Under the pieces are notes generated by a model, which was given only the letters and a program-made list of their open reading frames with translations, searched no databases and had not been told where the DNA came from. From NCBI GenBank assembly GCA_019058275.1, contig JAHLVW010000094.1, positions 64,001-128,000 of the forward strand: a stretch of 64,000 bases of DNA. The letters run 5' to 3'. Both the position numbers and the translations under genes were made by a program. Position 1 is the first letter of the stretch; each line of letters starts with the position of its first letter. This DNA is from Candidatus Heimdallarchaeota archaeon. Lineage in GTDB: Archaea > Asgardarchaeota > Heimdallarchaeia > JABLTI01. Of the stretch, positions 20,572-28,513 are shown in pieces.

Positions 20572-20727
20572 GCAGAAACTCATCGCCGGAAGTTAAGCCT
20601 TCATACGTTATGTTAATTACTGATCTGAGCGATCGTTCGGGAACAACATAAAGCTGCGTCTCGACGCGGTCAAAGCTGGAGGGTAACACCCGGACTCGTC
20701 CGATCCCGGAAACGATGAGTTTCGTGC
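20572..20727 (+). repeat. Terminal inverted repeat and BHB-like processing stem enclosing the permuted 5S
   Basis: GAAACTCATCG (20575-20585) and CGATGAGTTTC (20713-20723) form a perfect 11-bp inverted repeat, extended by GCA/TGC across one bulged G. CCGGAA occurs at both 20586-20591 and 20706-20711. Confidence 0.9.
20592..20711 (+). rRNA. rrf: 5S rRNA gene, circularly permuted (3' half 20592-20660, TC linker, 5' half 20663-20711)
   Basis: The re-ordered sequence folds as an archaeal 5S. Helix I is GACGCGGU/GCUGCGUC and helix II is UGGAGG/CCUUCA. The helix III/loop C/loop B region reads ACACCCGGACUCGUCCGAUCCCGGAA|GUUAAG. Helix V is UAUGUU/AACAUA, helix IV is CUGAGC/GUUCGG, and loop E has UAC/GAA. 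Confidence 0.9.
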
Positions 20728-20788
20728 TATCAGACTTTCATTATCTCTTTAACTATTAGAAAATAAAATTTGGATGAGATTGTCTTAG

Positions 20789-21142
20789 TTAAGACTCATC
20801 CTCAACATCAAAAGCAATTTTGCCAGCTTCTTTAGTAAATAATGAAAAATCTATTGTATGTTTGCCTAGTTCTAATTTTCCACTCACTTTAAAAGTAAAA
20901 GTGTCCCCCTTGGTCAATTTAAAGGGATTCTCTTCTGATATACTATCCAAATTTATCTCTTTTTCATTGACAATAACTTTGATTTTACTAGCATCAAATT
21001 CCTTTTCATCAATTTTCAAAGGATCTAAACCAATAATTGTTGCAGGATAAATGGTGTTCAATAATTGAAATGAGATTTCTTCTCCCTCTTGTTTTAAGCT
21101 TCCTTTTAGATAGAGTTTCTTCAACATAAATTTTGGAATCAT
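20789..21142 (-). CDS. Small beta-rich hypothetical protein
   Basis: 117-aa ORF with a GGAG SD; the IPKFMLKKLYLKGSL N-terminus recalls a small Ig-like domain family. Confidence 0.6.
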   Translation of the reverse strand: MIPKFMLKKLYLKGSLKQEGEEISFQLLNTIYPATIIGLDPLKIDEKEFDASKIKVIVNEKEINLDSISEENPFKLTKGDTFTFKVSGKLELGKHTIDFSLFTKEAGKIAFDVEDES

Positions 21143-21270
21143 TGTACTAACTCTCCAAATATCTAAACTAATTAAACAATACTACTAGTTTTTAATTTAT
21201 CGTAATTCTAGATTTTACCTCCGAAGAAATCTTATATAATAAAGCAATATTAACGATTAGTCATTACTGG

Positions 21271-22326
21271 TTGGTTTTATTCATAATGAGAAGGACTAAA
21301 TTTCATTTGCTTTCATTTCTTCTTGTTATTTTTGTATTTGGTAGTTTCATCATTAACTTTCTTCCCATTACAGCATCTCATGAATCCCTTCATCCCATAA
21401 GTAAGAAAGCCAATACATTAACAATAGTAACCTCAATTTCAATTGTAGCTGATTTTGCATCAAAAATAGGAGAAGGTATTTTCACAGTTGAAAGTATAGT
21501 TACTGGTAATGAGAATCCACATATTTATGAACCTAGTCCTTTGGAGATTCAAATGGTAGCTGAATCTGATTTATTTATCAGGTTTGGACTTGAAGGATTA
21601 GAACCATGGGTTCAATCAGTTGTAGATGTAAATCTTGGTATAAAAGTACTGGAACTTGTTAACAGCTCGATGATTGAATTTGATTCATTGATAAATGCTG
21701 ATAACCCCCATGTTTGGATGAATCCTAATAATGTAAAAACAATGGCAAGTATGATTTATCAACAAGTTTCACTTTTAGATCCAGAAAATATTGCAACATT
21801 TAATACTAATCTCAATAACTACTTGAGTAATTTAGATTCTTTATTATCAAGAATTGAGGATGCTAAGGTGGATATGGATGGAATGAAAGTTGTTGTCCAT
21901 CATCCTTCTTTCAAGTATCTATTTGATTTGCTAGGAATTATTCGAGTTGGTGCAATTGAAGAGAGAGAAGGTTCTGAACCTTCACCAGATCATATTCAAA
22001 AGATAATGTCTGACATAGAGACTGAGAATGTTAGTTTAATTGTGAATCAACCACAGTTGGAGGAGGAAACTGTAAATCAAATTGCAAGAGAAACAGGGAT
22101 AAAGATAGTGGATCTAACTCCTTTACTGGGAGTTTTTGGTCTTAATTCATACATTGCTATGATTGATTACAATCTAATAGCATTGAAAAATCCATTTGAA
22201 CCCCCCAAAGTAAATATTGATTTGCCATTTTGGTTTTTGGTTAGTTTTGGAATTACAATTATCTTATCATATATATTATTCATCATTGTAGTTAGGTATC
22301 GACATTCAAGGTCGTTGCTAGTGTAA
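21271..22326 (+). CDS. znuA: Zn/Mn ABC transporter substrate-binding protein with a C-terminal TM anchor
   Basis: NPHIYEPSP, DNPHVWMNP, HHPSFKY and EPSP motifs. Confidence 0.92.
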   Translation: MVLFIMRRTKFHLLSFLLVIFVFGSFIINFLPITASHESLHPISKKANTLTIVTSISIVADFASKIGEGIFTVESIVTGNENPHIYEPSPLEIQMVAESDLFIRFGLEGLEPWVQSVVDVNLGIKVLELVNSSMIEFDSLINADNPHVWMNPNNVKTMASMIYQQVSLLDPENIATFNTNLNNYLSNLDSLLSRIEDAKVDMDGMKVVVHHPSFKYLFDLLGIIRVGAIEEREGSEPSPDHIQKIMSDIETENVSLIVNQPQLEEETVNQIARETGIKIVDLTPLLGVFGLNSYIAMIDYNLIALKNPFEPPKVNIDLPFWFLVSFGITIILSYILFIIVVRYRHSRSLLV

Positions 22327-22350
22327 AATAACTTAAAAGAATAAAATAAG

Positions 22351-23412
22351 GTGCATTTAGGAGAATTAATAAGATTGCCAACAATAATTGAATTCTTTGA
22401 AGCATTTCGATTTTCATTTATGAGAAATGCATTCTTCTCAGCAATAATCATCGGTATAGTTTGTTCGGTGATAGGTGTTTTCGTGCTTCTTAGAGGGATG
22501 GTGTTTCTTGGTCAAGCTATTGCTCACTCAGCTTTTGCTGGAGCTGCGCTAGCAATCCTAATTAATTTTGATCCCATTATTTCAATTATGGGATTTTCAC
22601 TTATTTCTGCGTTAGGTATTGGATTTGTTAACCAAAGAAAGGTAATGAAAGATGAAGTAATCATTGGTGTGGTGTTTTCCTTCTTCATGGCTCTTGCAGT
22701 GCTATTTATAGGGTTACATGGTGAGTATAGTTCCGATATTAATTCTATTCTCTTCGGTAACATACTCCTTGTTGATACTGCCGATTTTATCCTCCTAGGA
22801 GTTTTTTCAATAGTAATACTACTAATAATTTTTTCAATCAAAAAAGAATTATATTTTATCACTTTTAATTCAGAACTTGCACAGATATCTGGTGTCCCTG
22901 TAAATCTTCTTAGTTATGTTTTTCTAGTTGCTGTATCATTTACAATATCTGTTTCGTTAAAAGCGATTGGCGCAATTTTGGTTTTTGCTATGATAGTAAC
23001 CCCAGCAGCAGCAGCGTACCAATGGACCTTTAAATTGAACAAGATGATAACTCTTTCAGCTATTTTCGGTGTTTTTTCATCGATTTTTGGTTTATTCTTC
23101 TCATATTTGCTAGACATTCCTTCTGGAGCAACAATAGTATCGTTAGTGACAATCATCTTCATAATTTCCTTTATTTTCTCTCCTAAAAGACGTTCAATGA
23201 AAAAAGCTATTACTGAGTGTCCTTTCTGTAAAGATTTCATTACAGAAGAAGGTCGTTGCAAAAATCCAAAATGTGCTTTTAATGATGTGCCACATTCACA
23301 TGATCATGAAAGAATTGACATCCGTAAAGATAATTTGCCGCATAAGGAATCCACTATTCATGATCATGATGATTTGAACGATGATACAAACAACAAAACT
23401 GGAGGTAATTAA
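22351..23412 (+). CDS. znuB: Zn/Mn ABC transporter permease with a Cys/His-rich C-tail
   Basis: AIAHSAFAGAAL, ILFGNIL and GAILVFAMIVTPAAAA motifs. Confidence 0.92.
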   Translation: MHLGELIRLPTIIEFFEAFRFSFMRNAFFSAIIIGIVCSVIGVFVLLRGMVFLGQAIAHSAFAGAALAILINFDPIISIMGFSLISALGIGFVNQRKVMKDEVIIGVVFSFFMALAVLFIGLHGEYSSDINSILFGNILLVDTADFILLGVFSIVILLIIFSIKKELYFITFNSELAQISGVPVNLLSYVFLVAVSFTISVSLKAIGAILVFAMIVTPAAAAYQWTFKLNKMITLSAIFGVFSSIFGLFFSYLLDIPSGATIVSLVTIIFIISFIFSPKRRSMKKAITECPFCKDFITEEGRCKNPKCAFNDVPHSHDHERIDIRKDNLPHKESTIHDHDDLNDDTNNKTGGN

Positions 23413-23414
23413 AA

Positions 23415-24182
23415 ATGGCTATAAAAACAACTCCAGAGATAGCTGAAATGGTTGAAAATAAACCAATAATCTGCTTTAAGGATGTAGCAATAGCTTTCCA
23501 AACTAATGTTGCTCTATTTGATGTTAATTTAGATATATTTCAAAATGATCTCTTTGGAATTTGTGGACCTAATGGCTCTGGTAAGAGTACTTTATTGAAA
23601 GCAATTGTTGGTAGCGTAGAACCATTTAGAGGTCACGTTAAGGTATTTAGAAAAGATATTTCAAAAGGAAATATTAGGCATATAAAATCAAAAATAGGTT
23701 ACCTGCCACAGAAAGAGAACATTGATAGGAATTTTCCGGCATTGGTAAGAGATGTAGTTGGAATGGGATTATTCTCACAAGTAGGATTTTTCAAGAAATT
23801 GTCTAAAGAGGACAATGATAAAATTCATCAAGCATTAGAAATCGTTGAAATGGAAAACCTTGATATGAGACCAATTGGCCATCTTAGTGGTGGACAACAA
23901 CAGAAAGCTATGATTGCTCGAGGAATAGTGAATAATCCAGAGATTTTACTTATGGATGAACCTTTCAGTGCTCTTGATTTTAAAGTAGAGCAAAGTATTA
24001 TGCATCTAATTAAAAAAATCCACGATGAAACCAATGTCACCATCGTTATGATAACACATAGTATTAATTTCATTAAACAATACTGTAATAGAGCTGCATG
24101 TTTAGACAGAAGGATAATTTGGAGTGGCAATCCAAAAGAACATGATTTTGATGATGTAATCAAAAGAGTATTCTTTCACTAA
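23415..24182 (+). CDS. znuC: Zn/Mn ABC transporter ATP-binding protein
   Basis: GPNGSGKST, LSGGQQQ and MDEPFSALD motifs. Confidence 0.93.
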   Translation: MAIKTTPEIAEMVENKPIICFKDVAIAFQTNVALFDVNLDIFQNDLFGICGPNGSGKSTLLKAIVGSVEPFRGHVKVFRKDISKGNIRHIKSKIGYLPQKENIDRNFPALVRDVVGMGLFSQVGFFKKLSKEDNDKIHQALEIVEMENLDMRPIGHLSGGQQQKAMIARGIVNNPEILLMDEPFSALDFKVEQSIMHLIKKIHDETNVTIVMITHSINFIKQYCNRAACLDRRIIWSGNPKEHDFDDVIKRVFFH

Positions 24183-24184
24183 TT

Positions 24185-25477
24185 TCATGGAAATGCTGAT
24201 TTCAAGAATTCAATTACGTGCTTAGAAGAGATTTTCGATTCACCTCGAGTTCGAGGACTGAAAACAAAACCAACCCTTCCAACTTTTGTTTCTTTTTTAG
24301 ATGAATGCTTCATTAATTCAAACATAACTTTGTATCCTTTAGCTCGAAATCCTTCTGGATTTGCTTTAATGATTTTTCTCGAGTAATCAGTTTCTCCGCC
24401 AAAAAAACCACTCATTACATCTCCACAACTAGCAGAACGATGGATCCAATGTGAGAATTTTCCTATAACACTTGCTCCCCAAGAAATCAATCTTCTAGTG
24501 AATGGCCAATCAGGAATCTCATCACGCTCACCAGCAACATAATGATATCCTTCTTGAAGTCTCGCAACTATTTCACCAACCTTTTCTGGAGGATGTTGAA
24601 AATCACAGTCCATTACAACATAGTATTTTGTATCTGCCATTTTAATTGCATCAAGAACACTGATAGTTAGTCCATGGATGGGTTCATCTTCACGATCAAG
24701 TAATTGTACACCTGGATTTTTTTCATGAAACTCTCTTACTTGTTCACGAGTACCATCAACAGAACCATCATCAGCAACAATAATCTTTATTCCCTGATAC
24801 TTTTCTGTAAGGACTTCCAATAATGGACCAATATTTTCCCCTTCATTAAACGTTGGAGTAATTACTGTTACATCGCTGAAATCAATATCTCGAGGAATAA
24901 TAATTGGTTGTTCTGGAAGTTCTTCAGCAACCTCAAATGTCCAAACCTCATTCCAAATATAGTTCCAAAATACTGTTATAACAAATGCTACAGCGCTTGC
25001 AGGGACAGTGGCCCATCTATCGCTATGAATGACCAATAGGAATGCTGTTTTGAATGCTGTAGTAAGAAGATATTTCAGAATGGCTCCAGAACCACCTACA
25101 ATAGCGTATTTAAGAAATTGAGTCGTAACTCTCTCAGTTTTTGCTTTGCCAAAGGTCCAATATCTATTGAGAAGATAATTTGAGATTGTAGCAGCTCCAA
25201 TGCCCATGGCTATAGCAACTAAATCAATGATAGTAAAACTAAAAATCCAAATTTGATGATTATATTCCAAAACACTTGAGTCAAATCTGTACATAATAAA
25301 TTCAGTTAAGTTTAATGCAGCTAGATTTACACCTAAACCAATCAAAGAAACTATAGAGAATTTTAGCAATCTTTTTCTAAATCCTTCTCTTAATCGACCA
25401 AACCTCTTTTGTAATCCTGAGGTACCCTTCTCTTTTTCCTGCTCGTTCTCCTCTAAAGTAACATTTTCCTTATTCAA
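24185..25477 (-). CDS. GtrA-like membrane domain fused N-terminally to a GT2 dolichol-phosphate glycosyltransferase
   Basis: Two GtrA-type repeats (KFSIVS...NYLLNRYWTF; KYAIVG...NYIWNEVWTF), then PTFNEGENI, DDGSVDGT, MDCDFQHPP, DVMSGF and RTRGESK. Confidence 0.85.
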   Translation of the reverse strand: MNKENVTLEENEQEKEKGTSGLQKRFGRLREGFRKRLLKFSIVSLIGLGVNLAALNLTEFIMYRFDSSVLEYNHQIWIFSFTIIDLVAIAMGIGAATISNYLLNRYWTFGKAKTERVTTQFLKYAIVGGSGAILKYLLTTAFKTAFLLVIHSDRWATVPASAVAFVITVFWNYIWNEVWTFEVAEELPEQPIIIPRDIDFSDVTVITPTFNEGENIGPLLEVLTEKYQGIKIIVADDGSVDGTREQVREFHEKNPGVQLLDREDEPIHGLTISVLDAIKMADTKYYVVMDCDFQHPPEKVGEIVARLQEGYHYVAGERDEIPDWPFTRRLISWGASVIGKFSHWIHRSASCGDVMSGFFGGETDYSRKIIKANPEGFRAKGYKVMFELMKHSSKKETKVGRVGFVFSPRTRGESKISSKHVIEFLKSAFP

Positions 25478-25579
25478 CTGTAAGCACCTGGTGGTTTAGT
25501 AAAGATATCAAGCTAGCTAATATGATATTTTAATTATATTATTAAAACTATTCAATAAAAACAAAACTTCACTAAAGCA

Positions 25580-26413
25580 TTAAACTTTTTTAGCAATTTT
25601 AAACAACTCATCATAAGCTACAAGTTGTCTATTAATGATCTGTTTTGAGTGAATCCAAATACCAAAATATGTTTCGCGTGGAAAAAGTGGAAGAATGATT
25701 GCAGACTCACCGTTATCAGAGATAATGATGCCTACATAATCAATAATAGAACCTATTTGTCTAATGATATTTACAAATTTTAGATTGGGTTTCATACTAA
25801 TTGGAACATCAACAGTAAAATGATCGAAGCCAAGTTCACTATAAAGCTCAGGCTTCATACTTGAAGCAACACGTGAAAGTTGACTAAAAGTCATCGACCT
25901 AAGTTTTACACCCCTTTCCTTTAATTCCTCAATTTCATCCTTGAACAGAGCAAGAGTTTTAGCACTCATAGCTACTGAAAGCTCCTTCCTTACATTCTGT
26001 ATAAGTCCTTTAACAATTCGTTTAAAGGCACTCAATCCATTAAAAGGTGATATTTCTCCAACAAATGATGGAGCAGTTAATTCAGAGAGATGATCAAGAC
26101 CAGTCTTTAGATTGTTTTCTAGTTCTCGATTTTCTTCTTGAATTCTTCGAACAATAATATCAGGTGAGTAGATTGTGTATTGAACTGGACGAGTTTTAGA
26201 ATGCTGCTTTATCAAATTCTTTCTCAATAAACTTTCAAGTGTCTGGTATACCTTTGGTAAAGGTACATCTGTATGACTATGTATGTCCTTAACAGTAGAG
26301 GTTCCAATAGCTGTAAGTATCGCTAAAACTTGTGACTCGTATTTAGGAAATCCAATATTCATAAACGCATCTACTGTTGGTTCTAATTTCTTTTTAATGT
26401 CCTCTGAACTCAT
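25580..26413 (-). CDS. TrmB-family transcriptional regulator
   Basis: GFPKYESQVL...VPLPKVYQTLESLLRK...RPVQY wHTH. Confidence 0.88.
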   Translation of the reverse strand: MSSEDIKKKLEPTVDAFMNIGFPKYESQVLAILTAIGTSTVKDIHSHTDVPLPKVYQTLESLLRKNLIKQHSKTRPVQYTIYSPDIIVRRIQEENRELENNLKTGLDHLSELTAPSFVGEISPFNGLSAFKRIVKGLIQNVRKELSVAMSAKTLALFKDEIEELKERGVKLRSMTFSQLSRVASSMKPELYSELGFDHFTVDVPISMKPNLKFVNIIRQIGSIIDYVGIIISDNGESAIILPLFPRETYFGIWIHSKQIINRQLVAYDELFKIAKKV

Positions 26414-26470
26414 TTTTTCTCAACTCTGTCAGAACCAGTTATGGAGATCTGGTTTGTTCTTTAGATAATT

Positions 26471-26491
26471 TTATATACTCTGAGTATATAA
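26471..26491. promoter_or_regulatory. Perfect inverted repeat (TACT-N3-AGTA core), likely TrmB operator
   Basis: TTATATACTC-T-GAGTATATAA between the divergent TrmB gene and the ABC operon. Confidence 0.7.
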
Positions 26492-26530
26492 TTTTTATTG
26501 TTGGCATAGCAATTCTAATACTAATTAGAA

Positions 26531-27277
26531 GTGATGACACAAATGACCGAATGTGCTGTTAAATTAACAGATCTAACAAAAGACTACAAAGAGTTACGAG
26601 CTGTTGATAGTATGAATTTAGAAATCCCTGAAGGTGAGATCTTTGCATTGGTAGGTCCTAATGGTGCAGGGAAAACAACTGCCATAAAAATGATATTAGG
26701 AATAACACCACCAACTTCAGGAGAAATTCAAGTTTTGGGTTGGAACATCCCAAAAGAAAGAAAGAAAATCAAGCGTGATATAGGTTATTTAGCTCAACAG
26801 AGAGCACTATATAAATCTCTAACAACTCGAGAGAATATTGAATTCTTCGCTGCAATAAAAGGAATGACTAAAGAGGATATACATGAAAAGACAGACGAGT
26901 TAATTGAGGTTTTGAATCTAAGTGAATATGAAAAAGTTAGAGCTATTAATCTATCTGGTGGTACACAGCAAAGAGTAGCTCTTGCTTCTGCCTGTGTAAA
27001 TTCCCCTCGTTTACTACTACTAGATGAAGCTACTGTTGGACTTGATCCTGTTTTGCGGAAAGATGTTTGGGATTATCTTCGGAAATTTAACAAGAAGGTA
27101 AAAGGAGCAATAATAATTACAACTCACTTTCTGGATGAAGCTGAATATGCTGATCGTGTAGGGTTTATGCGTACTGCAAATATCATTGCTTTAGATACTC
27201 CAGATGCTCTCAAAAAACAAACTTCTTCTGTAACAATGGAGGAAGTGTTTCTAAAATTAGCTAAGGAGGAAAACTAA
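26531..27277 (+). CDS. ABC-2 type exporter ATP-binding protein
   Basis: GPNGAGKTT, LSGG, LLDEATVGLDP and TTHFLDEAE motifs. Confidence 0.93.
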   Translation: MMTQMTECAVKLTDLTKDYKELRAVDSMNLEIPEGEIFALVGPNGAGKTTAIKMILGITPPTSGEIQVLGWNIPKERKKIKRDIGYLAQQRALYKSLTTRENIEFFAAIKGMTKEDIHEKTDELIEVLNLSEYEKVRAINLSGGTQQRVALASACVNSPRLLLLDEATVGLDPVLRKDVWDYLRKFNKKVKGAIIITTHFLDEAEYADRVGFMRTANIIALDTPDALKKQTSSVTMEEVFLKLAKEEN

Positions 27278-27278
27278 A

Positions 27279-28415
27279 GTGCGAATGACGTGGCTAGTCT
27301 CAACAAGAGTGTTTAAGTTCATATTACGAGATAAACGCTTAATCGCACTAATGTTAATAATTCCCGTTGTTATGGCTTTAGTAATAGGTTATGGTTTCGG
27401 TGGAGAAATTGATCATGTCTCAGTTGCAATAATCAATCTTGATGAACCAACAGCAATACCGATATCCTTTAGCAACCGTTTAATTGATTATCTTGATCTC
27501 AAAACAGATCTAGTTGATGTTACAAAGATAATTGATCCAACAATTGAAGATTGGGAAACAATAAAACAAGCAGTTTTTGATGAAGAGTATTACGGAGTTA
27601 TTTTGTTTCCAGAAGACTTTACTGATAATCTTGCAGCTAGATTACTGAATGGCACAGCAGTTGAAACATACATAGATATATTTGTAGATAATTCTAACCC
27701 ACAAATAAGTTCCTCAATTATTAAGGTTGTAAGCAAAGGTTTTCAAACAGAATTTGGTGAAAGTATGGGTTTAACAATAAACACTGAATTTGCTTTTGAT
27801 GAAACGCTTACACAATTACAGTATATGATACCTTCAATCATGCCTTTCGCAGTCTTCTTCATGTCTTTCATCCTTTCGATTATCTCATTAATTAATGAAC
27901 GAAAAGCAGGAACCTTAGATTTACTTCTATTATCCCCATATCGTAAAATCAACATTATTCTTGGTTATATGATTCCGCTTTCAGCTGTTTCAATTATTCA
28001 AGCAACTATTCTTCTTCTCTTGACAATATTTGCTTTTAACGTACCAGTTGTAGGAGGAGTCGGAGCTTATTTTGCAATCTATATTATGATGTTGTTGTGT
28101 GGTTGGTGCGGTATGGGACTAGGTTTCTTACTTTCAACTGTTGCAAAGAGTGAGCTTCAAGCAGTGCAATTTATTCCTATGGTTATCTTCACAATGCTCT
28201 TACTATCAGGTATACTAATGCCATTAGAGACGTTACCAACATGGTTACTACCAATATCATACATGATACCTTTAACATATGGAGCTGAATATCTGAGAAC
28301 AGTAATGGTAGAAGGAACAGGTTTCCTATGGCACTGGCATATTGCTCCGGTCGTAGGATTTGTCGTACTGATGGTATTATTGTCTGCTCTAACATTGCGG
28401 GAAAGACAAATATAA
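27279..28415 (+). CDS. ABC-2 type exporter permease
   Basis: N-terminal TM, extracellular loop, ERKAGTLDLLLLSP and LSGILMPLETLPTWL motifs. Confidence 0.9.
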   Translation: MRMTWLVSTRVFKFILRDKRLIALMLIIPVVMALVIGYGFGGEIDHVSVAIINLDEPTAIPISFSNRLIDYLDLKTDLVDVTKIIDPTIEDWETIKQAVFDEEYYGVILFPEDFTDNLAARLLNGTAVETYIDIFVDNSNPQISSSIIKVVSKGFQTEFGESMGLTINTEFAFDETLTQLQYMIPSIMPFAVFFMSFILSIISLINERKAGTLDLLLLSPYRKINIILGYMIPLSAVSIIQATILLLLTIFAFNVPVVGGVGAYFAIYIMMLLCGWCGMGLGFLLSTVAKSELQAVQFIPMVIFTMLLLSGILMPLETLPTWLLPISYMIPLTYGAEYLRTVMVEGTGFLWHWHIAPVVGFVVLMVLLSALTLRERQI

Positions 28416-28513
28416 AGAAATGGACAAACCATTTCTCTTCTTTTTTTCTTAAATCTTTATATTTCTGAAGATAAAAAAAGAGTGAAGAGAGGTTGATTAA
28501 ACCTCCTAGTTTT

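Noticed and set aside
20586-20711. Tandem 5S duplication collapsed or truncated by assembly
   Set aside because: The halves are enclosed by a perfect inverted repeat, and the 6-nt overlap forms a splice motif that restores the exact sequence. A random collapse would not be expected to produce this, though reads should still be checked.
20575-20723. Hammerhead ribozyme suggested by GAAAC and GATGAG in the 5S flanks
   Set aside because: The core needs CUGAUGA; the sequence is CGAUGAG, and the two motifs simply pair with each other as the terminal stem.
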